Shown here: in pieces, positions 40,163 through 49,138 of the stretch
Position numbering within the stretch: position 1 is the first letter of the stretch
Layout of the letters: every line of letters begins with the position of its first letter
Assembly: GCA_965116875.1 (NCBI GenBank)
Contig: OZ220733.1
Location: 4,896,001-4,960,000, forward strand
Source: Candidatus Latescibacterota bacterium
GTDB taxonomy: Bacteria; Latescibacterota; UBA2968; GCA-2709665
DNA: 64,000 bases
Direction of reading: 5' to 3'
Notes under the pieces: generated by a model
Database searches by the model: none
What the model saw: the letters and a program-made list of their open reading frames with translations, nothing else
Told to the model about the DNA's origin: nothing
Made by a program: the position numbers and the translations under genes

Positions 40163-40232
40163 AACGAAGATGCTGCCTTCGCGTTGCATGAACACTTGCT
40201 GCAATACCTGATCTCCCGGTACAGGATTTCAC

Positions 40233-42602
40233 GTGAACACGCCAGGTCGACTCTCCTCAGAAACGCCACTCCTCGAGGAAATCCCCGAAGACGTTCTTGC
40301 CGCCGCGCGTGCGGTTCTCGGACCGGACGAGGAGATCCTGCTCTCCGCCGCCACCGATTTGAGGTTCGACGGTTCCTATGGGGAAGCCTGGCTCGTGGCG
40401 ACCCGGCGCCGGCTGATGGGAATCAGCCCGTCTGATCCCGGACCGCCGGAGACCGTATGCGTTCCGCTCGTTGACATCGACCGCGTGGAAGTCCGGGAAC
40501 TCTTCGGCAGCGGGGTTCTGAGGGTCTCGACGCCGGGAAGCGGCGCATCCCTGGCCTTTTTTACAAAGTCCCTGCTCTCCAAGTTTTCGCAGATCCCACC
40601 CCGGATCGAGCGGTTCATCCGTCAAGCCAAACCCGTACCCGATGACACGCGGATTGTCAAATCCAGCGTTGACGTATTGGCCGGCCGCAGGAAGCGCTGC
40701 GAAAGATGCCAGCAGGTGATCCCGCACTGGATGGGCGTCTGTCCGATGTGTCTGGATTCACGCAAGCTGTTCTTTCGTCTCCTGGGCTACGCGAAGCCTT
40801 ATTGGCAGATGGCCGTGGGCAGTCTCCTCCTCCTGCTCACCGCCACGTTCATCGGCCTCACGCCGCCTCTGCTGATGCGAACCCTGATCGACGATGTACT
40901 TGTGGGCGTCGGGGACGGCCCGACGCCGGCGGCGACCCTGATTCCCGCCGAACCGCGTTCTTCAGTTCCAAGGAGTCAGGCGCCGGATCAGGCGCCTCCC
41001 GCGGGGACCGACCGGCGCACGCTGCTTGCCGTGCTGGTGCTGCTCCTTCTGCTGGTCAACGTATCCCGAAACGGGCTAAGCGCCGTTCGCACGTATCTCC
41101 TTGCAAAGCTCGGTCAGAGAATCACTTTCGACCTTCGCAAGGAAGTCTATCGACATCTCCACTATCTCTCGCTCAGTTTCTACAATGAACGGGAGACCGG
41201 GAGAATCATGTCGAATATCACACAGGACGTGAGTCGACTTCAGGACTTCATCTCGGACGGCCTCCAGGAAATCATCAGGGACATCGCCACCATTGTCATC
41301 ATCTGCATCATTCTCTTCTCCCTCAACCCCGGATTGGCGGCGTTCGTCCTGCTGCCCACCCCCCTTCTGATCCTGTTTACACGGCACTTCGGACGAAAGC
41401 TGCACGAACTCTATCATGGTCTCTGGCGCCGGTGGGCGGACATCCACGCCCTGTTGGCGGATACGATCCCGGGGGTGCGTGTCGTAAAGGCGTTTGCCCA
41501 GGAAAAGCGTGAGGTAAGCAAGTTCGAGAACAGGAGTTGGGGCCTGCTCTCGGGCGAAGTCCGCGTAGCGAGGGTTCGAAGCGTCTTTACACCGATAATG
41601 ACGTTCCTCACCTCTCTGGGTACCCTTATCATCTGGTGGATGGGCGGCAACAAAGTCCTTGGCGGTACCCTTTCTATCGGCGAATTCGTGGCCTTCACCG
41701 GATACATGTGGCAATTTTACGGTCCGGTGGAAAGCCTGTGCCGCCTCAACCACCGTTTCCAGCGCGCGGCAACGTCGGCCGAGCGGATATTCGAAGTCCT
41801 CGATACACAGTCCGACGTCGCAGACAGGCCCGACGCCGTCACCCTGCCGCGAATCTCGGGCTCCGTCGAATTCACCGATGTTACGTTTTCATACGAGCCC
41901 GGAAAACTCATCCTCAAAGACGTGAATTTCAGGGTGGAACCCGGGGAAATGATCGGGCTGGCGGGCCACAGTGGCGCCGGGAAGAGTACGCTCATCAACC
42001 TGATCTGCCGTTTTTACGATATTCAGAACGGCACCATCCGGGTCGATGGACAGGACATCAGGGAAGTCACATTGAAGTCCCTCAGGGCCCAGATCGGCGT
42101 GGTGCTGCAGGACCCGTTTCTGTTCAACGGTTCCGTTGCGGAAAACATCGGCTACAGCAAACCCGACGCCACGCTGGATGAGATCGTTGCGGCCGCAAAA
42201 GCGGCAAATGCACACGATTTCATCCTGGATTTTCCGGAAGGATACGACACCTCGGTGGGCGAACGGGGCCTTCGCGTCTCCGGAGGTGAACGCCAGCGCC
42301 TTTCCATCGCGCGGGCTATATTGAGAAACCCCCGCATTCTTATCCTGGACGAAGCCACGGCCAGCGTGGACACGGAGACCGAAGCCCAGATACAGGACGC
42401 CATCGCCCGTCTCATCACGGGCAGAACCACATTCGCAATTGCCCATCGCCTGTCAACGTTGAAAAATGCCAACCGTCTGCTGATCCTTGACAAAGGCGAA
42501 CTGGCGGAGATGGGTACGCACGACGAACTTATCGGGCAGGACGGGATCTATGCCCGCCTCTGCCGCATGCAAACCGAAATGTCCAGACTGCGCGCCTGGT
42601 AG
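40233..42602 (+). CDS. ABC exporter (TMD+NBD) with N-terminal extension and CxxC-x10-CxxC motif
   Basis: GHSGAGKST, VSGGERQR, ILILDE, AHRLS; CERCQQVIPHWMGVCPMC; paralog of 11755..16272. Confidence 0.93.
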   Translation: MNTPGRLSSETPLLEEIPEDVLAAARAVLGPDEEILLSAATDLRFDGSYGEAWLVATRRRLMGISPSDPGPPETVCVPLVDIDRVEVRELFGSGVLRVSTPGSGASLAFFTKSLLSKFSQIPPRIERFIRQAKPVPDDTRIVKSSVDVLAGRRKRCERCQQVIPHWMGVCPMCLDSRKLFFRLLGYAKPYWQMAVGSLLLLLTATFIGLTPPLLMRTLIDDVLVGVGDGPTPAATLIPAEPRSSVPRSQAPDQAPPAGTDRRTLLAVLVLLLLLVNVSRNGLSAVRTYLLAKLGQRITFDLRKEVYRHLHYLSLSFYNERETGRIMSNITQDVSRLQDFISDGLQEIIRDIATIVIICIILFSLNPGLAAFVLLPTPLLILFTRHFGRKLHELYHGLWRRWADIHALLADTIPGVRVVKAFAQEKREVSKFENRSWGLLSGEVRVARVRSVFTPIMTFLTSLGTLIIWWMGGNKVLGGTLSIGEFVAFTGYMWQFYGPVESLCRLNHRFQRAATSAERIFEVLDTQSDVADRPDAVTLPRISGSVEFTDVTFSYEPGKLILKDVNFRVEPGEMIGLAGHSGAGKSTLINLICRFYDIQNGTIRVDGQDIREVTLKSLRAQIGVVLQDPFLFNGSVAENIGYSKPDATLDEIVAAAKAANAHDFILDFPEGYDTSVGERGLRVSGGERQRLSIARAILRNPRILILDEATASVDTETEAQIQDAIARLITGRTTFAIAHRLSTLKNANRLLILDKGELAEMGTHDELIGQDGIYARLCRMQTEMSRLRAW

Positions 42603-42644
42603 CCCCTGGCGTGTTCATGCCGACCGCAGACCCGGTGAAACGAA

Positions 42645-43151
42645 ATGCACGAAGAATACCACCTCGAACAGGAACTCACGCTGCTGGATCCCGGTCGGAT
42701 ACGACTCTTTCTGGATGAATACAACGACCTGATCCTCGATCGCGCAGACGGAAGGCTGCCGGTTACCGCGCATCGTGCATTTCCGCTCACGGCCGCCGGT
42801 CAGTTCATCGTTCTCAAGGATGACGACGGCTCGGAGGTTGGATTGATTCGGGAGATTGCAGGCCTGGATGAGGAAAGCCGCACCGTCCTGGAGTCCGACC
42901 TGGAACGCACGTATTTCGCGCCGGCCATTCTTCAGGTAAACAAGCTTGAGGAAAACTTCCACATCCCGAAATGGGACGTGGAAACCGACAGCGGCCACCG
43001 CGTGTTCGAGGTCCGCAGCCGGAGACGCGACATCCGCATCATGTCCGGGGGCCGGATTCTTCTTAGAGACGCGGACGGGAACAGATACGAGATCCCGGAT
43101 TACAGAAGACTGGATCCGGTCAGCCGCGCGTTTGTGGAAACATTGATCTGA
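42645..43151 (+). CDS. DUF1854 family protein
   Basis: HRAFPLT, DLERTYF, WDVETDSG, DADGNRYEIPD..LD..SR; paralog of 11204..11758. Confidence 0.87.
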   Translation: MHEEYHLEQELTLLDPGRIRLFLDEYNDLILDRADGRLPVTAHRAFPLTAAGQFIVLKDDDGSEVGLIREIAGLDEESRTVLESDLERTYFAPAILQVNKLEENFHIPKWDVETDSGHRVFEVRSRRRDIRIMSGGRILLRDADGNRYEIPDYRRLDPVSRAFVETLI

Positions 43152-43213
43152 CTGCCGCCTGTACTCCCGCGGATTCGCTGAATCGGCAGGACGATCCAGT
43201 GTGTTATTGCGCA

Positions 43214-43242
43214 TTGCGATACGCTGCGACCGTTGGTATATT
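43214..43242 (+). promoter_or_regulatory. Putative sigma70 promoter (extended -10) for the Rieske protein
   Basis: TTGCGA-17 nt-TATATT with TG one base upstream of the -10. Confidence 0.55.
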
Positions 43243-43289
43243 TATGCGGATGGCGGACACCCCCACCCCGAAATACAGGAGATCACCAC

Positions 43290-45140
43290 ATGGATGCCAC
43301 CGCACACGGCACGGCGCCGGCCTCGCTCGACGGCGAATTGATCCCCCAGGCGCCCCGCGACGCCGTCGATCCGGACAGCCTCGTCTACCACCGTCTGTGC
43401 CGGGCGGACGAGTTCAGCGAGGGGGAAGGCAAACCCTTTACCGTCAACGGCTCCCACATTGCCGTCTTTCTGTACAACGGTGAATTCCAGGCCGTGGACA
43501 ATCGTTGTCCCCACATGGGGTATCCCATGTCCAAGGGCAGCGTCCGTGACGGCGTTCTGATCTGCCACTGGCATCACTGGGAGTTCGACCTCAAGACCGG
43601 AGGCTGCTTCGAAACCTCCGGCTCGGGAAACGACCTGAAGAGCTTTCCGGTGGAGGTCCGGGAAGACGGGTTCCTCCACATTGGCATGGCCGCTGACGAA
43701 CGGCAGGCTGCCCGAAAGAGAATGATCGACCGTGGTCGCTATATCCTCGAACAGGGCCTGAAGGACAGGAGTTCGCTCATCATCGCGAAGGGTGTGACGG
43801 CGCTGCGTCATGCCGGCGCGTCTCCGCAGGAGATTATTCAACAGGGCCTGTTCTACGGATCGTACAAGACCACCGAGGGCTTCTCCTCGGGTCTGGCCAT
43901 CCTGGCGCTTTGCGCCAACCTCTGGCACGACATCGCCGAGGGGGATTACAACCTGTTTCTCGTTCATGGCCTCGTGCAGATTTCAAGACGCACCACCGGG
44001 GGCTCCCGCAGGCAGGGGTTTCCTTTTCCGATGGCGACAGACGAACCCGATCTGGCAACGTACAAACGCTGGTTCCGGCGACTGGTGGAACAGCGTAACA
44101 GCAACGCGGCCCAGCGAATTCTGATCACGTTAAACGACCGCGGTGTTCCAAAGGAGGCCATTGCCGACCTGGTCTTTACTGCCGCGACCGACTATTACTT
44201 TACGGGCGACGGCCATGCGCTGGACTTCGCCAACAAGCTTTTCGAGGCCCTGGACTACGTTGAGTGGCAGGGAGCGAGCGAAATCCTGCGCCCGATTGTC
44301 ATCGACCTCGTCACCCGCACGCGCCACGAGGAGACTGCCCGCTGGCAGGAAAGCGTCCCGATCCTTGAGGATGTCTTCACACGCCTGGACGACATCTGGA
44401 AGCAGAACCAGTTGAACGATGCCTCACTGGACACGTCGGCCTTCGCCCAGGTATTGCTGGGAGAGGAGGAAGGGCCCATCGTTTCGGAAATCGAAGCCCT
44501 TCTCCGAAGCGGCGTCGACCCCGCGGAGATTTGCAGGTCCATGGTCTACGCCGGCGCCATCCGTACGGCTCGCTTTCACCTGAAGAACGAGGGCGACTGG
44601 CACGACGTGGCCAATATCTATTCCTATGCGCACGCCCTTTACCGCGCCTTTCAACGCGCCCCGTCACGCGACCTGCTTCGTGGTCTTTTCCACGGCGCGG
44701 TATTTCTCACCTATCTGCGCTGGCTCAATATGCCCGCCGCCCGGGTGCCGAAGCCCGGCCAGCGACTCAACGGCACATTCGAATCCGGTGCCCAGATGCT
44801 CGACCGTCTGCGGGAATTCGCGGATTTCCAGAAAGTGTACGAAGCCGAGATTCTCGTGAACCAGTACCTGGAGGAAGGGCGCGACATTACCGGCCTGAAA
44901 CACGCCCTCGCCCACATTATGCTCAGGGAAGACGCCGAATTGCATATGTTCCAGGTCCTGGAAGTTGCGTTCCGTCACTTCGAACTCACAGACGACCCGG
45001 AGGAAAAGCGAATGCATCTGCTGGCGGCCACGCGTTACATCACCGCCCAGAAGGTCATGAAGGCCATTCTGTGGTCCACCGAGAACGCGGAACGGCTCCA
45101 GCGCGGCGATCTGTTGAGCGAACGGGAAGACGACAATTAA
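43290..45140 (+). CDS. Rieske [2Fe-2S] ferredoxin domain fused to a large helical domain of unknown function
   Basis: AGGAG RBS; DNRCPHMG...ICHWHHWEFDLKTG (C-x-H...C-x2-H). Confidence 0.88.
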   Translation: MDATAHGTAPASLDGELIPQAPRDAVDPDSLVYHRLCRADEFSEGEGKPFTVNGSHIAVFLYNGEFQAVDNRCPHMGYPMSKGSVRDGVLICHWHHWEFDLKTGGCFETSGSGNDLKSFPVEVREDGFLHIGMAADERQAARKRMIDRGRYILEQGLKDRSSLIIAKGVTALRHAGASPQEIIQQGLFYGSYKTTEGFSSGLAILALCANLWHDIAEGDYNLFLVHGLVQISRRTTGGSRRQGFPFPMATDEPDLATYKRWFRRLVEQRNSNAAQRILITLNDRGVPKEAIADLVFTAATDYYFTGDGHALDFANKLFEALDYVEWQGASEILRPIVIDLVTRTRHEETARWQESVPILEDVFTRLDDIWKQNQLNDASLDTSAFAQVLLGEEEGPIVSEIEALLRSGVDPAEICRSMVYAGAIRTARFHLKNEGDWHDVANIYSYAHALYRAFQRAPSRDLLRGLFHGAVFLTYLRWLNMPAARVPKPGQRLNGTFESGAQMLDRLREFADFQKVYEAEILVNQYLEEGRDITGLKHALAHIMLREDAELHMFQVLEVAFRHFELTDDPEEKRMHLLAATRYITAQKVMKAILWSTENAERLQRGDLLSEREDDN

Positions 45141-45180
45141 GAGGTTGTTTTAAAAAAGCTTCCAGGGAAGTCGATCCTCA

Positions 45181-48100
45181 ATGAAAATCTCCGAATACGC
45201 CATACGCAAACCCATTACGGCGGTGATGTTGACCCTCAGTATCGTCGTGATGGGGGCGATCTCCCTCTTCCGGCTGCCGCTCGAATATCTACCGGACATC
45301 ACGTTTCCCGTTATGTACGTCAACGTGGACTACCCGTCTTCATCGCCTGAAGAAATCGAACGGGAAATCGTCCAGCCGCTTGAAGAGGTGATGGGTACGC
45401 TCTCCCACGTCAAGCAGCTGAGCTCGAGATCGTACGCCAATCGGGGTTATGTTCGGTTGGAATTCGAACTCAATACGGATATGGACCTCATGGCGGTGCA
45501 TGTCCGTGACCGTCTCGACCAGGTAAGGAACGACCTTCCGGACGACGTGGAGCGAATCTCGATCCGGCGTTGGAACACCGAAGATTTCCCCGTGCTGACG
45601 TACGCGCTGAGCTGGCAGGGTGAGGATCAGTCCGAACTGGCAAGCATTTATGAATACACCATTCTGCCGCGCCTGCAGCGGCTGGAGGGCGTTGGCAGCG
45701 TTGACGTACGGGGCCTGCGGGAAAAAGACCTGCTGATCGAAGTCGACCAGAACCTGCTGCACACGCACAATCTGGACATTCGTGCGCTGAACAGGGCGAT
45801 CAGCTCAAACAACGTCAACATCTCGGCGGGTTACGTCAACGAAGCCGAAAAACGCCTGGCCGCACGGACCGTTGGTGAATTCGACAATGTAGACCAGATC
45901 CGGCGTCTTCCGCTGCGCACGGGCGTTGAAGTGGCTGACGTTGCGGACGTTACGTACGACTATCCGGTAGCAGAGGACTTCGAACGCCTGGACGGCCGGA
46001 ATGCCGTAACGATCGACATCCGCAAGGCCTCCTCAGCCAACCTGGTGGCCACAGCGGACCGGGTCAAGGCGGAATTCGAGCGCATCCGGAATGAAATCGG
46101 GGCCGACAAAATCAGGGCGCAGCCGATCCGTGACCGGTCACTCGACGTTACCACCGGCATTCATAGTCTCACGCAGTCGGCCATGATGGGCGGTTTCCTG
46201 GCCATCATCGTCATTTTCGTGTTTCTCAGAAATTTTCGCAGCACGCTCATTATCGGATCGGCGATCCCGATTTCGGCCATCACCGTATTTATGGTGATGT
46301 ACATCCTCCGGCAGGTCTTCGGATCCAATATCACACTCAACCTGATGTCCATGATGGGTCTGATGGTCGCGATCGGCATGCTCGTCGACCCCGCCGTCGT
46401 TGCACTGGAAAATATCTTCAGAAAAAGGTACGACGAGGGCCAGGCGACCTGGAACGCCGCACTGGAAGGCAGTCGGGAAATTGGCATTCCCGTTCTTGCA
46501 GCCTCGCTGACGACCGTGTGTGTCTTCGTACCCATCATCTTCGTGACCGATTCCCGAAGCGCATTGTTTATGAGGGACTTCGCGCTAACGGTTTGTATTT
46601 CAGTCGGCGCGTCCTTCTGCGTGGCGCTTTCACTGATCCCGCTGGCGGCATCCAGGGCATTCAACGAAAGCGCTTCCCGTCTGGACCGCTGGCTGAAACT
46701 CGCGTTCGTAATCCTGTTGCTGGGGCTCTGCAGCTACGTGGTCTACTCGGATGGCGTGCGGGAAACCGCCTCATGGTTCCGGGAAGGCGCAATCAGTATG
46801 CTGGAGGGTCTCGCAGCGATACCGGCGGTGGCATGGCTGTTGTTATTCGTGCTACTGACCGTTGTCGGTGGTCTGTTCTATTATTCGCGAAAGACTCGCG
46901 GCATCAGGTATCTGTATTCCCGTCTGGTGGTCAACACGCTCCGCTACCGGTGGACGACCGTGTCGATCGCGTGCGGACTTCTCGGCGCGGGATATTATTT
47001 CTTCACGCAGATTGAACAGCAGCCCTATCGCTGGCAGCCGACCCGCCGGGTCGATATCTCGGTCGAACTGCCGCGAAGCTACGACATCCAGGATGCGCTG
47101 GCACTCTTCGAACGCATCGAGGGCATCCTGCTGCCGCAAAAGGACAGCCTGGACATCGCGGCGATGAGCAGCCGGTACAGCGACAGACGGAGCAACCGCA
47201 TTACGCTCTATCTTGTCCCGGCCGACGAGGGAAGGCTTTCAACCGATGTGGTGACTCGCAAGGTCAAGGCCATGCTGCCTACGGACATTCCGGGCGTACG
47301 GTTCAAGTCCGGGAGAACCTGGGGCAGCAGTTCCACCGGCGCCGGCGTTGAAATCAAGGGCCGAAACCCGGACGTACTTGCGATGCTGGCGGAGGATATC
47401 CGACTGCGACTGCAGGGCATTCGCGGGGTTCATGAAGTGGAAACCAGCCTGGAGTCCGGCAACGAGGAGATCCAGGTTACCATCAACCGGCGCCGCGCCA
47501 GGCGTTACGGGCTGACGCCCTGGCAGGTGGCAACCACGGTCGCCAGTGCGCTGGGAACCCGGGGCAACAGCAAGTTCAAGACCGAGAACGGGGAAATCGA
47601 CATTGCCGTGCAGCTCAAGGAAGAGGACAGGGCCACCCTGGAGCAGCTCAGAAACACGTACTTCGAGAGCGACGCCGGAGACATGGTCTCGTTCGCCAGT
47701 CTGGCGGATTTCCGCGTGCGCAAGGGTCCTCAGGCGCTCGAGCGCGAAAACCGGATGTCCACACTGACCGTTTTCGCCAATACGGAACAGCAGGCCGTGT
47801 TTTCCGTTGGACGTGAAATGAGCAGGCGGATGCGCGCGATCCCTTTACCGGCCGGGTACTCGTGGCAAATGGACCGGCGCTTTCGCTGGATGAACCAGGA
47901 ACAGGGAGAAACCAACCTGACCATGATCTTCGCTGTGCTTCTCGTGTATATGATCATGGCCGCTCTCTTCGAGTCCTATGCGCACCCGTTCACGATCATG
48001 TTTTCGATCTGCTTCGCGTTCATAGGCGTCTCGTTTGCGCTGTATGCGTTCAATATCCCGATGGACAGCAACGCCACCTACGGTCTGCTGATACTCTTCG

Positions 48101-48447
48101 GCATCGTTGTGAACAACGGCATCGTCCTGGTAGACCATATCAACCGCTATCGCAAACAGGGCCTCTACCGTCGTGACGCCATCATCCGGGGCGGCCAGGA
48201 CCGATTGCGTCCCATCCTGATGACCGCGACCACGACGATCCTCGGCCTCACGCCCCTGGTTCTGCCCATGATCTACGGCACTGCTGAAGGGACCGCACGC
48301 CGGTGGGGTCCTATCGGTTTTGTGGTGATCTCGGGGCTGACGGTCTCGACAATTCTTACGCTGGTTATCCTGCCTACCGTGTACTCGCTCATGGACGATC
48401 TGGCCACATACATGAAGCGGACACTCGCGACCGTGAGAAGCGCGTGA
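45181..48447 (+). CDS. RND efflux permease (AcrB/AcrD/AcrF family)
   Basis: 1088 aa; AIRKPI, LPLEYLPDI, SAIPIS, GMLVD, ASLTTVCVFVP, GIVVNNGIVLVD, RLRPILMT. Confidence 0.93.
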   Translation: MKISEYAIRKPITAVMLTLSIVVMGAISLFRLPLEYLPDITFPVMYVNVDYPSSSPEEIEREIVQPLEEVMGTLSHVKQLSSRSYANRGYVRLEFELNTDMDLMAVHVRDRLDQVRNDLPDDVERISIRRWNTEDFPVLTYALSWQGEDQSELASIYEYTILPRLQRLEGVGSVDVRGLREKDLLIEVDQNLLHTHNLDIRALNRAISSNNVNISAGYVNEAEKRLAARTVGEFDNVDQIRRLPLRTGVEVADVADVTYDYPVAEDFERLDGRNAVTIDIRKASSANLVATADRVKAEFERIRNEIGADKIRAQPIRDRSLDVTTGIHSLTQSAMMGGFLAIIVIFVFLRNFRSTLIIGSAIPISAITVFMVMYILRQVFGSNITLNLMSMMGLMVAIGMLVDPAVVALENIFRKRYDEGQATWNAALEGSREIGIPVLAASLTTVCVFVPIIFVTDSRSALFMRDFALTVCISVGASFCVALSLIPLAASRAFNESASRLDRWLKLAFVILLLGLCSYVVYSDGVRETASWFREGAISMLEGLAAIPAVAWLLLFVLLTVVGGLFYYSRKTRGIRYLYSRLVVNTLRYRWTTVSIACGLLGAGYYFFTQIEQQPYRWQPTRRVDISVELPRSYDIQDALALFERIEGILLPQKDSLDIAAMSSRYSDRRSNRITLYLVPADEGRLSTDVVTRKVKAMLPTDIPGVRFKSGRTWGSSSTGAGVEIKGRNPDVLAMLAEDIRLRLQGIRGVHEVETSLESGNEEIQVTINRRRARRYGLTPWQVATTVASALGTRGNSKFKTENGEIDIAVQLKEEDRATLEQLRNTYFESDAGDMVSFASLADFRVRKGPQALERENRMSTLTVFANTEQQAVFSVGREMSRRMRAIPLPAGYSWQMDRRFRWMNQEQGETNLTMIFAVLLVYMIMAALFESYAHPFTIMFSICFAFIGVSFALYAFNIPMDSNATYGLLILFGIVVNNGIVLVDHINRYRKQGLYRRDAIIRGGQDRLRPILMTATTTILGLTPLVLPMIYGTAEGTARRWGPIGFVVISGLTVSTILTLVILPTVYSLMDDLATYMKRTLATVRSA

Positions 48448-49118
48448 AACAGCTCGCCGTCGTGCTGCTCAGCGGCGGTCTGGACAGCTGCGTCACCGCC
48501 GCCGTCGCCCGCCGGAATCTCGACCTCGCTCTATTTTTCCTCGACTACGGCCAACGGACAAACGCCCGTGAACGCAGCGCGTTCCTGGAAATCGCCGACT
48601 ATTACGGCGTACCGGAGCGCCGTCGCCTGGCCGCGGGAACGGACGTTCTGCGGCAAGTGGGTGGTTCTGCGCTGACGGACCGCAACGTTCCCGTTCCCGA
48701 TGCCGACGTCGTGCGGAACGAAGTTCCAGCCACGTATGTGCCATTCCGAAATGCTCTCCTTCTCAGTTTCGGGGTTTCATGGGCCGAATCCATCGGCGCC
48801 TCGAGTGTGTATCTGGGGGCCGTCGAAGAAGACAGTTCCGGATATCCCGACTGTACGCAAGCGTTCTGTGACGCGTTCGCCCGTGCGGTCGATTCCGGCA
48901 CGCGCCCGGAATCCCACATCAGAATCGTCACGCCGGTGATCCACCTCAGGAAGCACCAGATCGTCCGACTTGGCGTGGAACTGGGCGCCCCGCTTCACCT
49001 CACATGGTCGTGCTACAGAAACAGCGACCGCGCCTGCGGTCGCTGCGACAGCTGCATCCTCCGTCTGAAGGCTTTCGAGACGGCCGGTATCCCCGACCCC
49101 ATCCAGTGCGAATCCTGA
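48444..49118 (+). CDS. queC: 7-cyano-7-deazaguanine synthase
   Basis: GTG start overlapping the RND stop; LLSGGLDS, DYGQR, TYVPFRN, GYPDC, TWSCY...CGRCDSC. Confidence 0.96.
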   Translation: MKQLAVVLLSGGLDSCVTAAVARRNLDLALFFLDYGQRTNARERSAFLEIADYYGVPERRRLAAGTDVLRQVGGSALTDRNVPVPDADVVRNEVPATYVPFRNALLLSFGVSWAESIGASSVYLGAVEEDSSGYPDCTQAFCDAFARAVDSGTRPESHIRIVTPVIHLRKHQIVRLGVELGAPLHLTWSCYRNSDRACGRCDSCILRLKAFETAGIPDPIQCES

Positions 49119-49138
49119 GCCTGCCGAACGCGCACGAA

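Noticed and set aside
48444-49118. queC as part of a Qat, CBASS or deazaguanine DNA-modification defence system
   Set aside because: Length and motifs are those of canonical QueC, and no dpdA, TatD, cyclase or nuclease neighbours are present
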